Shown here piece after piece: positions 50,784 through 60,926 of a stretch of DNA of 64,000 nt. The number at the start of each line of letters is the position of its first letter. The first letter of the stretch is position 1. Made by a program: the position numbers and the translations under genes. The notes beneath the pieces are model-generated. The model did no database searches. It was not told the DNA's origin and saw only the letters and a program-made list of their open reading frames with translations. The stretch is from NCBI GenBank assembly GCA_048938105.1, contig JBHLMN010000007.1, forward strand, positions 64,001 to 128,000. Reading direction: 5' to 3'. Source of the stretch: Promethearchaeota archaeon. Lineage in GTDB: Archaea > Asgardarchaeota > Heimdallarchaeia > Hodarchaeales > Hodarchaeaceae.

Positions 50784-52034
50784 TCATCCTTTTTTAGGCG
50801 TAATATCGACTAATTCATAGTCTCGAGATCCAATGCCTTGCGCAAAAGCTGCTGCAAGTTGCGTTTCTGCAATAATTGGTCGAGATTTAGGATCTACGAA
50901 ACAACTTAATAGACCAAATTTTTGAGTACCAGATTCCATCACTTCAGGAATAGGATCAATTCTTCCATGTGGAGAATCCAGTCCAGTTTCAGCTGGAGAT
51001 TCAGGTACCCCTGGTGCTTTTGTAACAAGATCAACACATGCTTGATCAATCGCGATTGGATCGTTTGAATATAGGATCCCCTGATCAGGTACTAAAAGAC
51101 TACCACCTGCACTCGCACAATCGCAATGACTCGTAATATCTATTGCGATGTTAATATAACGGAGCCTTTCTTCACCATCGCTGTTTATTCCTTTCACTAC
51201 TCCAGCTGCGTTGTCCATCATTCGTTCTACCTGCTCAACACTAGGAATTTGGCGCTTTACTGCAAAAATACGCTTCGCTTCTAACTCCTTTGGTAGAATT
51301 CCATAATGACACTTTGCAAAACACATTGTACAGGCTATACATTTATCAGGGTCATGTACTATCTTCTTATTCTCATCTAATGAAAGAGCTTGTGTTGGAC
51401 AAATCCTGATACATTTCCCACAGCCAGTACAATTCTCTGGTCTTTTGACATAGATATTCTGTCCTCCACCCCAATGAGCTCCACCCTTTCCCTCATTACC
51501 AACGCAACCAATTCCCAATTGCTTGAGAGCACCCCCAAATCCAGCACCATCATGTCCCTTGAAGCGTGCTACAATGAGAGTTTTATCTGCCATTCTCAAT
51601 CCCATCGCTAACGCAACATCTTTGATGTACTTCCCTTTTTCGTTATGTACTCTGAAAACCTCTGTTCCTATGATACCATCGTCCATAACAACAGGAGCAT
51701 TCAGAGATCCAATGTTGAACCCATTTCTATTTGCTAAGTATACAAATCCAGGGCCATTCGACATAGTTGCTTCTTTGTGACGTTCATCCCAGAATAACCC
51801 AACTCCTTCACAAACCCAGGGTATTCCTCCAGCTTCACGAACTAAATCTACAACTTTTCTAATGTACATTGGACGAAGATGTCGAGTTTGATTTCTACTT
51901 CCGAAGTGAGTCTTGATAGCGACTATTTCTTCTTCTTTTATCCAATCTTTCAATCCTACATCGACATGGTTCCACAAGTGTTCTAAACGATCTATAAGCG
52001 AGTCTCCCATTCCTATCCCTTTTGTATTGACCAT
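50784..52034 (-). CDS. DUF362 family Fe-S protein with 2[4Fe-4S] ferredoxin insert
   Basis: AIKTHFG, FKGH..AGFGGALK.LG.GC, CTGCGKC...CP, CIACTMC, CDC, DPIAIDQA. Confidence 0.9.
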   Translation of the reverse strand: MVNTKGIGMGDSLIDRLEHLWNHVDVGLKDWIKEEEIVAIKTHFGSRNQTRHLRPMYIRKVVDLVREAGGIPWVCEGVGLFWDERHKEATMSNGPGFVYLANRNGFNIGSLNAPVVMDDGIIGTEVFRVHNEKGKYIKDVALAMGLRMADKTLIVARFKGHDGAGFGGALKQLGIGCVGNEGKGGAHWGGGQNIYVKRPENCTGCGKCIRICPTQALSLDENKKIVHDPDKCIACTMCFAKCHYGILPKELEAKRIFAVKRQIPSVEQVERMMDNAAGVVKGINSDGEERLRYINIAIDITSHCDCASAGGSLLVPDQGILYSNDPIAIDQACVDLVTKAPGVPESPAETGLDSPHGRIDPIPEVMESGTQKFGLLSCFVDPKSRPIIAETQLAAAFAQGIGSRDYELVDITPKKG

Positions 52035-52285
52035 AAACACTTTTGTTTTACTCACAATTCTCACAACATATTTCAATTTGAACTTTAAGCATAAATAGCT
52101 GTGTATTAACGTTATCTAATTGGAGTTAAATAATCATAGTATAAGCGATCCGAGCGAAAGACAATAAATCCAAAATAACAATAATTAATTCCAAATAATT
52201 TCACTTGAAAGGTTGAAAACTGATTTTCAATAAAATATAATTTAGAGTGAATAATGATGCCAAACCTTAAGATTGAAGTAATTAA

Positions 52286-52633
52286 GATATTAGAGGCTAT
52301 ATATGGGCTTATATATATGATGGACGACTAAGACTTTATACTACTACATCAGGTGCTCTTGCTCCACCACTACGATATATGTGTGTCAATTATCAAGATC
52401 CGAATTTCTGGAAAATGTACCTTCCAACAGTTTATGATAATAGTTTAATGCAAATTGGTTGTAGTGGTTATCCCGATACAGATTCTGACTGGTTTGATGA
52501 GGATTTAGATGGCCAAATAAACATGAAACTGGCATACGGATGGATATGGGATAATTGTCCACCAATGTATCCTTTTATTGATACTGGTTTTGGAGAAATA
52601 ACATACGAAGCGGTCAATGACTATTGGTATTAG
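52286..52633 (+). pseudogene. 5'-truncated remnant of a larger (probably secreted) protein
   Basis: Protein-like frame DIRGYIWAYIYDGRLRLY... continues upstream of ATG 52379 to a TAA; aromatic/Asp-rich. Confidence 0.4.
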
Positions 52634-52912
52634 CAATTCATTCGCAAGTGAGAAGAGACTAAACGATTAACTACCGTGAACATGTAATCTCTTCACTTTT
52701 TTTTATATCAGATGACATCACACAGGGCGTATGAAGAGTATTTCCTTGTTAAAAGGCACACCACTGGGTTAACATTTTTAATTCTGGCATTTATGTTCTA
52801 AAGAAAATGGTATATATTTGTGAAAATATTATTTAATTTGATAGCTAATAACTTGTGAGATGAAAATTTAATAATTGTGGATCTAAAAAATTATGAATGA
52901 GAGAGGAGTCAA

Positions 52913-53869
52913 ATGAGTATTAGTACATTACCAATTTTCGTTAAAGGGTTAACAAAACAATTTACTAGAGATAAACTAGCGTTAGATAACATTAATCTAT
53001 CAGTTGTTGATGGTGAAACCGTAGGTATTCTTGGTAACAATGGGGCTGGAAAAACAACGCTTCTTCGAATTTTAGCTACTTTATCATATCCTTCCACTGG
53101 AATTGTCGAAATCTTTGGTCTGGATCCCAGACAAGAGGCGCATACGATTAAGGAAATGATTGGTTATCTTCCAGAGAATTTTTCATTCTATCCATATTTT
53201 ACAGTTATAGAGATAATCAAGTTTTTCGAACACCTCAACCCTATAGCTAGACCAGATCAGGTTGAATACCGTGAAAAGATCATTAAAATTTTGTTACTTG
53301 AACCATATTTAAATCAAAAAATTAGTACCTTATCAAAAGGAACCTTACATAAAGTTGGTTTATCAATTATTTTGATACATGATCCCCAACTTCTTCTACT
53401 GGATGAACCAACAACTGGTCTAGATCCATTAGTAAGATCAGAAGTTCGAAAGATATTGATTGATCTCACCGATGATTTAGACAAAACAATACTAATTTCA
53501 TCCCATATTCTCGAAGATATTGAGGCTGTTTGTGATCGCGTATTCTTTTTAGAAGCAGGAAAAATGATTTCTGAACCTTGCTGGATTTCTGAACTCCAGG
53601 AAGACTTTTCTAAGCTTCAACGTCTAGAGTTCAGATGTAGTGATATTACGACAGTGATTAATAAGCTCCATAATAACGCTGATGTCCTCTTCTTTGATTC
53701 AAAAGCCAGATTTGTTGATATTTACTGTAAAAAGGATAAGACTGAAAAAATTACAAAAGAAATTCTAATTGATTGTAAGAATTCTGTTAAAGTAAATAAT
53801 TATCCTATTAGTTTAGAGGATATTTATATTCTTAATCATGCTAAGAAAGACTGGGTAGAATTCCTATAA
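52913..53869 (+). CDS. ABC-2 type exporter ATPase
   Basis: GNNGAGKT, LSKG, LDEPT, SSH; GAGGAG SD. Confidence 0.93.
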   Translation: MSISTLPIFVKGLTKQFTRDKLALDNINLSVVDGETVGILGNNGAGKTTLLRILATLSYPSTGIVEIFGLDPRQEAHTIKEMIGYLPENFSFYPYFTVIEIIKFFEHLNPIARPDQVEYREKIIKILLLEPYLNQKISTLSKGTLHKVGLSIILIHDPQLLLLDEPTTGLDPLVRSEVRKILIDLTDDLDKTILISSHILEDIEAVCDRVFFLEAGKMISEPCWISELQEDFSKLQRLEFRCSDITTVINKLHNNADVLFFDSKARFVDIYCKKDKTEKITKEILIDCKNSVKVNNYPISLEDIYILNHAKKDWVEFL

Positions 53870-53887
53870 AGGAAAGGGAAACCAATA

Positions 53888-55417
53888 TTGCAAATAAAGT
53901 ACCAATATTTCCTTTCAGTTGAAATTAAACATCGTTTAAGAACAACAGTAATGTCTTGGATTTATACTATCGTTTTATTAATTTCAGGGATATATTTATT
54001 TTTTATGACAGTTTTTTTTAATGAAATAGATCTAAACAAATACTTGTTTCTCCTTTTATTCTTCCTAATACTATTTTTTCCTCAAAATAATGACATATTT
54101 TCACGGGAAATAACGTCAAATATGGTTGATTATGTAATTATGACTTCACCCATTTTTAAAACAATTTTTCTTTCAAGAATATATGCTAATGCATTTTTTA
54201 TGATTGTTCCAGGATTGCTAATACATTTTGGAGCGTTTTTAGTTCCAAGATTATTTATTCAGCTTGATATTGTAAATTATGCCATCTTATTGTGTTTAAT
54301 ATTCTTCTTACTGCTTTTTTGGTTTTTACTTTCAACACAGATTCTTTTAATCCTGCAGTTTAAGATTTCTGATTCATTAATCTGTACTTTACTATATTTT
54401 GGAATAATTCTCAGTTTAATTTTTATTACATCTTTCTTTAGTACTTTAATGGGTTCATTAAAGTTTGGTTCTGTATTTATTGGTTTTATTTCAGAAGATA
54501 ATATGATCATTTCACTTTTTTCCCTTTTTGTGGGTTGTTCAGTTCTATCAGTCACATTATCGTATTCAATAGAGCATTGGATTGTAAATATCTCTAAAAA
54601 GATGGAAAGAAGAGAAGAGGATATTAAACATCCTTATTCTCTTTATAATTTAATTGGATGTTCAAACAATCTTAATAAAAAGGATTTTATTTTTTATTTT
54701 GTTGATATTTTATGTGTTTCCATATTTCCCTTCTTTTTGGATTCTACTTTCTATAATAATATCATCTTAAGAACAGAGTCTTTTTTCATAATAATTTTTC
54801 AGAATTTCATAACACTAATCACCATTAATTTCATCATCGCCATCTTATATACAGTAATTAGAGTGCTTCCACAAGTCACTGCAGAGAAACAATTTAACAT
54901 GGAGGAACTTTTATTATCAAAAATTTCAGCTTTTAAATATTTGAAAGAAAAATGTAAATTATTGTATCGTCCATTTTCAGTTTTCTTATTAATACCAGTC
55001 TGTCTTTTCACAATATTTTCAATGTTCATTTCATTTATTCTGAATAGACCATTTCCACTTGTAGATTATTTTGAAATTCTTCTCCTATTAATGATGATTC
55101 TGATCATCCTAGTGGCATATTTTACATCACTTTTGATTTTTCTCTGGCGTTTTTTACCGGCAAGAGACCTATTAAGATCATCTATTATTACTATTTTTGG
55201 AATAGAAATCCTTGCAACCGTCATTTCTATATTCTTTTTTCCCCCAGCTATTATTTTTGCAATAATCTTGTCTAGTCTTGGACTTCAAGTAATTATATTT
55301 GATTCAGCGGTTAATAACAGTTTTTTGTTTATATATGGAAACTTGGCAAATCTTTCTCTAATTCTATTATTTGCATCATACATTCTTCTAAAAGCCGATA
55401 TAAAATTCCATTCATGA
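53888..55417 (+). CDS. ABC permease-like polytopic membrane protein
   Basis: About 12 TM, very AT-rich, follows the ATPase. Confidence 0.7.
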   Translation: MQIKYQYFLSVEIKHRLRTTVMSWIYTIVLLISGIYLFFMTVFFNEIDLNKYLFLLLFFLILFFPQNNDIFSREITSNMVDYVIMTSPIFKTIFLSRIYANAFFMIVPGLLIHFGAFLVPRLFIQLDIVNYAILLCLIFFLLLFWFLLSTQILLILQFKISDSLICTLLYFGIILSLIFITSFFSTLMGSLKFGSVFIGFISEDNMIISLFSLFVGCSVLSVTLSYSIEHWIVNISKKMERREEDIKHPYSLYNLIGCSNNLNKKDFIFYFVDILCVSIFPFFLDSTFYNNIILRTESFFIIIFQNFITLITINFIIAILYTVIRVLPQVTAEKQFNMEELLLSKISAFKYLKEKCKLLYRPFSVFLLIPVCLFTIFSMFISFILNRPFPLVDYFEILLLLMMILIILVAYFTSLLIFLWRFLPARDLLRSSIITIFGIEILATVISIFFFPPAIIFAIILSSLGLQVIIFDSAVNNSFLFIYGNLANLSLILLFASYILLKADIKFHS

Positions 55418-56232
55418 CTTTATATAAAGGATTTACATTGATCGATACTGATTCTCGTTTCAATAAGCCAAAGATAACAATAATTTCGGTCTTTTTTGTA
55501 TGGAATGTGACAAATGATCCAAGAACTAGTCTCAACAATATATACATGTCCTTGGTAATCCTTTAACGCTCCTAAACCAACTATTGGGAAGCATCAAATA
55601 TCTCTCTACATTTCGGACACTGCTAATAGACATTTTCACCGTATTCCCTCCCATTTATTCGTGAGATTATGATCTGCTTTTGATCTGGTACAATCTGCAC
55701 ATCTCTCTCGTCTTAAAATATGGCTAAAGAACTTATCATTCCTAAATAAAAGACCTAAATCCATGATCCAGAAAAGAAATGTATAAAAAAAATAGTATTA
55801 TCGTTCCTTTCATAGTAGAGGATTCAAAGAGTTTAAGGAAGCTGAAGGGAAGAAAACTTCCTTTAACCCATATCTCCACCTGCCAGAATAGCAGATTCCT
55901 GACTGATAGATAGATCATGAAACCCAATAATCATAACAGTACGCCCGCTAGGAGGGTTGGGTGGGGTTCCCGAACTCTTATAGAGAACAGGGGGATAGCA
56001 TAGAGACTACTTTTTTGCGGATCACAATCATAAAAATGGTTATAGCTTCCTAAATTTCTTGGATTAATGGCAACAGTTTCCAACCCTCTCTTGCCCTGAT
56101 TATAAGAATCCTGTAGTTTTTAAGATCATACGAGTTGAAAAAGAATCCTAAAATGATCATCAAAAATCCGAAATGCTTTTTATGAATTTGAACACTTACA
56201 TCTAGATATAGTCATTAGGAAAGTTAAATCTA

Positions 56233-56700
56233 GTGCCTCTTGACAAAAAGAAATTAGATGCATTGTTAGAGGAAATAAAACGGTTAGAAGAAAAACCAGT
56301 TCCAAAACAAAGAATATCTAAACTTCGGACTATTGTTTCAAACGATACTTCAATATCCCCCGTAAAAAAAGACTTTCTTTTGACTACAGAGAAAAAAGCC
56401 TATTTTAAAATCAATCATTATTACAAATTGGTCATGCTATCGATTGAGGACACAGCTACTGGTTTTGAGATCTGGATTAAGGGAGTTCTACCACTACTTC
56501 TTCGACAACATAGCCTCGAACGTGAGGAGTGGGAACGAATTTGTGATCTAGGGGATAGTGATAAACAACTCGAGAAAGAAATGACTCAGGATTGGAGAAC
56601 ATTTTACCAAGAGACCATTCAAAAAGGCCTTATTGATACTGAGATCTTGACTTTAATCAATGAAGGCAAATTACGAGTTAAAAAAATGAGGTTAGAGTAA
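56233..56700 (+). CDS. Hypothetical protein
   Basis: 155-aa charged ORF with typical codon usage. Confidence 0.65.
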   Translation: MPLDKKKLDALLEEIKRLEEKPVPKQRISKLRTIVSNDTSISPVKKDFLLTTEKKAYFKINHYYKLVMLSIEDTATGFEIWIKGVLPLLLRQHSLEREEWERICDLGDSDKQLEKEMTQDWRTFYQETIQKGLIDTEILTLINEGKLRVKKMRLE

Positions 56701-56811
56701 GAAGCATGTGCATAGAAAGAAAGAGCAAATTTGGGTTCAACTACCTATTATCACAATGAGGAGGTATAAAAAATAAGCATAAAATCTTTCCTTAACAGTT
56801 CTAGTAGTAGA

Positions 56812-57465
56812 GTGACAGTATTAGAGTTACTAATCTTAATCCTCTCAATATATCAATTAATAACTCCCTTTCCCCCTCTGAAAATAATCGCAGCACCTGA
56901 AACGCATGATGATAGTATGAACTCCGAAATAACAGCTGATTGGGGAGATGTTGTGAATGTAGTATATTCTCTGTGGTTAGACGAGGCACATACTATCGAA
57001 AAAGCAGGCAATATTAATGTGGTCTTGGAATATATCTATCTCAGAAGGACTAAAGATGAAATGATTCCTGAAGAAGTAGTAAACCTTTTTCCTGAATCAG
57101 CGAAAGGAAAACTAAAGCAAATCTATGTGCAACCTTTTATAAATGCCATCATTGGAATGCGAGTCAATCAGGAAAAGAATTTTACAATAAAAGCAGAAGA
57201 GCATGGGCTAAGTGATGAGAATTTTTATTATCACATCAAAATACTCGCAATTCTGTTTGATGTTTCAACACTGACAACTAATATCGAAACATCTACTTCC
57301 ATGAGTTCTCTTACTCCCTTAACCAGTAGTAGTAGTAGTAAAATCGAATCCAGTGTTTCTACTCCTGAAATTTCGTCATTTCCGAGTTATTTTCTCACCA
57401 TTCTTTTTCTTTCAGTTAGTGCTTTTATCATAAACAAGAAAAAGAAAAAAAAAGAAGGAAAATAG
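56812..57465 (+). CDS. Secreted, membrane-anchored degenerate FKBP-fold protein
   Basis: GDVVNVVYSL and FINAIIGMRVNQEKNFTI match FKBP strands; signal peptide, Ser/Thr stalk, TM and poly-Lys. Confidence 0.7.
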   Translation: MTVLELLILILSIYQLITPFPPLKIIAAPETHDDSMNSEITADWGDVVNVVYSLWLDEAHTIEKAGNINVVLEYIYLRRTKDEMIPEEVVNLFPESAKGKLKQIYVQPFINAIIGMRVNQEKNFTIKAEEHGLSDENFYYHIKILAILFDVSTLTTNIETSTSMSSLTPLTSSSSSKIESSVSTPEISSFPSYFLTILFLSVSAFIINKKKKKKEGK

Positions 57466-59646
57466 TTATTGATAGGGGGTAACTATTTCAATGACATCGT
57501 TGTAATCTATTCCAAGTTCTTCTATTTTCGCAATGGAGGGACAGCCTTGTTTACTCCATCCTCGACGCTCGTAGGCAGCATCTTGAAGTCTAGCATAATT
57601 ATCTTCGCGATAATTTCGTAGGATTTTCATTTTTTCTTCTATGGATTTTCCTAAGGGATCTTCTTTAATCTCTTCTTTGATCTGTTTATCATACCGTTCT
57701 GCACGGCTTTCATATTCTTCCTTTGTAACAGGACCCATTGCACGATATGGGAGATTTGAGTCACTTGCTCTAAGCCCTTTTCCCTGACGAACATTGAGAA
57801 TACGCTGGAAATTATATACTCTCTCTGACATCCTAATAAGATCATCAGGAGTTGATTTTCTCCCAGTTACACCACTGAAGTATTCAGCATACCAATTTAC
57901 ATGCTTAGGGATTTTTGCACGCGCATCAGGTAATGTTAAAGGCTTTTGGGGATTCTCATTGTTGTCAGATGGAACCACATCATTCCACGGTAATTTACAA
58001 AGACCATTAAGTCCAAACCATGTTCGCCAAAATGGAAACCAGGCTAATGCCTCAGCTTTATCTTCAAATGTGGGAAGATTACCCCGAACAGAATCTTCGA
58101 AAATAAGCCACGCTTCATCATGTTGCGGACCTTTCAATGTTAAACCATATCCACCCTGTTGAGCTAACGATTCTTTAGTAACATATTCTGAGAATTCAAG
58201 TCCTTTATGCTCCATTCCGATATCCTGAACGAATTGGGGATCTGCTCCATATTTCTCAGCAAAGATTTTCTTCATTTCGACAATTCCTTGCCCAACAATG
58301 ACTCCAAAGCCCTTTCCCCGTGCTATTTGATGAATTAATTCCAATGCTACTTCCGCATTTCCAAAGGTAAGTTCAAGACCACCAGTAATCTCCTTGGTTA
58401 AGATTCCAGCTTCATAACACTCCATCACGAATGCTATACCCGTACCTACTGATATAGTATCTAATCCATACGTGTCACAGTAGAAATTGGCTTCTAAAAC
58501 CCATTTTGGATCCCATACACCCCAATTACTCCCACATCCAGCGATTGTTTCATATTCAGGGCCATCCACATGAACTTCCTGACCTTTGAAGGGGCCAGAA
58601 AGGACTTTATGGTTCTTAGAGATGTGGCTACATGCAATAGTGCAGCCAATCCAACAACCATCAGTACCTTTTCCAGTATCAGTATATACAGATCGCATAA
58701 CATCACGTGTATAGGGAAACTGTTCACCTTTCAACTCCTTATGAGCACCAAATCGGAAGTTCTCAGTTGGGAGAAGGTCAAAATCATTCATAATTTCAGG
58801 GAGATGACCAGTTCCAACTACACGCATTTCGTTTTGTTTAGGATCATTTTTGATGATTTCAAGATTATGCTTTTGTCCAACAGCTTTTGCCACATCAAGA
58901 TTGGAGGGGTTATTTATCTTTGAATCCACTTTTGGAGAGCGACATATAAGAGCTTTAAGGTGCTTATTTCTAAAAACGGTGCCTATTCCCCCTCTTCCAG
59001 CTTGTTTACAACTTGCCCACTGACGTTTCTTATTATACCACGAAAAATTAAGACAACCCCATTTAGAATGTTCAGCTCCTCTACCTGATGAGACCACACT
59101 AACCCGATGCTTTTCTTTATCGGATGAATTTACAGCATATTTCTCGGTTAGTTGTTGGGTTAACACATGTGCTTCATTAGGAATGTTTTCTGCTTCCTCA
59201 ATGCGTACGATTCCTTCATCGCCGTTAATAAAGATAATGACGTCCTTCTTAGCTTTTCCTTGTATTTCAATTGCATCAAAGCCTGAAAATTTGACATAAG
59301 GCCCGAAATACCCGCCAACATTGCTATCAATAACAATTCCTGTTAATGGGGAGATTGTAGTAACAATAGATTTCCCTGATCCAGGATAAAAAGTACTTCC
59401 TCCGAGAGGGCCTGAAGCAATGCATATCTCATTCTCTGGATCATCCCATTTGACAGGGTGTTTAGGTAATCCATGCCACATTAGGAATAAATCGAATCCT
59501 TTTCCTCCGATGAATTTCTCTTTCATTTCATCGGTAACGGGTTTTATCTTTATTTCATTGGTTGTTAAGTTGATGTACAGTGTTTTATTTGCATAACCTT
59601 TTTCAATTGCTTTCAATTCATAAGAAAATTCTGTTAGAATGACCAT
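57466..59646 (-). CDS. Tungsten-dependent aldehyde ferredoxin oxidoreductase family protein (second, longer paralog)
   Basis: FIGGKG, SPLTG, AGRGGIG, GCWIGCTIAC, GPEYET, DTIS, GLCKLPW. Confidence 0.92.
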   Translation of the reverse strand: MVILTEFSYELKAIEKGYANKTLYINLTTNEIKIKPVTDEMKEKFIGGKGFDLFLMWHGLPKHPVKWDDPENEICIASGPLGGSTFYPGSGKSIVTTISPLTGIVIDSNVGGYFGPYVKFSGFDAIEIQGKAKKDVIIFINGDEGIVRIEEAENIPNEAHVLTQQLTEKYAVNSSDKEKHRVSVVSSGRGAEHSKWGCLNFSWYNKKRQWASCKQAGRGGIGTVFRNKHLKALICRSPKVDSKINNPSNLDVAKAVGQKHNLEIIKNDPKQNEMRVVGTGHLPEIMNDFDLLPTENFRFGAHKELKGEQFPYTRDVMRSVYTDTGKGTDGCWIGCTIACSHISKNHKVLSGPFKGQEVHVDGPEYETIAGCGSNWGVWDPKWVLEANFYCDTYGLDTISVGTGIAFVMECYEAGILTKEITGGLELTFGNAEVALELIHQIARGKGFGVIVGQGIVEMKKIFAEKYGADPQFVQDIGMEHKGLEFSEYVTKESLAQQGGYGLTLKGPQHDEAWLIFEDSVRGNLPTFEDKAEALAWFPFWRTWFGLNGLCKLPWNDVVPSDNNENPQKPLTLPDARAKIPKHVNWYAEYFSGVTGRKSTPDDLIRMSERVYNFQRILNVRQGKGLRASDSNLPYRAMGPVTKEEYESRAERYDKQIKEEIKEDPLGKSIEEKMKILRNYREDNYARLQDAAYERRGWSKQGCPSIAKIEELGIDYNDVIEIVTPYQ

Positions 59647-59761
59647 TAACGATTTCCTCCATTAATTTCAGAACAATGATTAATATGGGGTACAGAGGGT
59701 CTACAAACAACCGTTTTAAATAAAACTATATTAATTTGATTCTTAGTGAGTGAATCTCAAA

Positions 59762-60601
59762 ATGAGTAAGACTCAAAGACATCAACACGAACTACACCTT
59801 CTTTTTTCCGAATTTCTTCAAACGGGTGACAAGAAAAAAGTAACCAAATATTTATTGGATAATAGTAACCTACCAGGTCGTAGAGCAAATCTTGAGCTAG
59901 CTAAAGCCTTCACAAAGGTAATAGAAGAAAACTGGGATAAGAATGAGGAAATTTTATGGAGTTTGATCACTTCTTTAATTAAGATTACTTCAAATCAAGC
60001 CCCTGTAAACGATCCCCAAGAGTTTCTTCCCTTCTGTGCAACGTGGGCTCTTGGTTCAATAGGAGCTATTTCAAAGGTTCATTACACGGAATCTCTCCAA
60101 TTTTTGAGAGAGTTATCTAAAGACTCCCGCTGGCGTATACGAGAGGCCGTTGCTAAAGGAATTCATAGGTTAATTAAAGAGAGAGGCCTTAATCTACTAG
60201 AAGAATTACAAACTTGGATTGTTACTGATCAATGGCTTCCAATGAGAGCAGTAGTAACAGGCGTAGCTGAACCGAGTGTCCTTAAAGATAATCATATTAT
60301 AAACCAAGCATTAGAACTTCACAAAGAAGTCCTTAACCAAGTAAGGAGCAGTAAAAATCGAAAAACCGATGATTTCAAAGCCCTACGCAAAGGATTAGCA
60401 TATTCATTAAGTGTAGTGGTTCAATCAACTCCAGAGGACGGTTTTAAATATCTTGAAAAATTGATAGGATATGAGGATGAGGATATTCTGTGGATTCTTA
60501 AACAGAATCTAGGTAAGAATAGATTAATTAAAAATTACCCTGTAAAAGTAAATGCACTAAATAAAAAGCTGAGACATTCAAACTTGAATCATCAAGAATA
60601 A
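59762..60601 (+). CDS. HEAT-repeat protein
   Basis: SNLPGRRANLELA and DSRWRIREAVA; all-helical. Confidence 0.75.
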   Translation: MSKTQRHQHELHLLFSEFLQTGDKKKVTKYLLDNSNLPGRRANLELAKAFTKVIEENWDKNEEILWSLITSLIKITSNQAPVNDPQEFLPFCATWALGSIGAISKVHYTESLQFLRELSKDSRWRIREAVAKGIHRLIKERGLNLLEELQTWIVTDQWLPMRAVVTGVAEPSVLKDNHIINQALELHKEVLNQVRSSKNRKTDDFKALRKGLAYSLSVVVQSTPEDGFKYLEKLIGYEDEDILWILKQNLGKNRLIKNYPVKVNALNKKLRHSNLNHQE

Positions 60602-60883
60602 TTTTGAACCTCCTCCTACAGGTGGGACACAAGTGACATTATCTCCCTCCTCAACTTTCTCATCAATACCGTTTAGTGATTCTATATCTCTTCCATTAAG
60701 AAGGACGTGATAATGACTCTTGATCTTTCCAGTATCTTTATTAACGATATGTGTCAGTACGGACTTTCCAATTTGGCTCTCTAATGCGATTAACGTTTCC
60801 CTAACGGAAGCTCCCTCTACAAAGAAGGTTTTCCCTCCAACCCAGCGTTCTAGGGGGCCATAAAAAGTGACTGTTACAGTCAT
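60578..60883 (-). CDS. MoaD/SAMP ubiquitin-like protein with residues after the GG motif
   Basis: VTFYG, VLLNGRDI, EGDNVTCVPPVGGG followed by SKLFLMIQV*. Confidence 0.88.
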   Translation of the reverse strand: MTVTVTFYGPLERWVGGKTFFVEGASVRETLIALESQIGKSVLTHIVNKDTGKIKSHYHVLLNGRDIESLNGIDEKVEEGDNVTCVPPVGGGSKLFLMIQV

Positions 60884-60926
60884 GGCTGGATCCTCTGACT
60901 CTGAACTTAGGAAAAAAGGTGGAGAG

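Noticed and set aside
55941-56000. GC-rich island as a tRNA or SECIS
   Set aside because: No cloverleaf or GTTCRA T-loop, and no selenoprotein gene adjacent.
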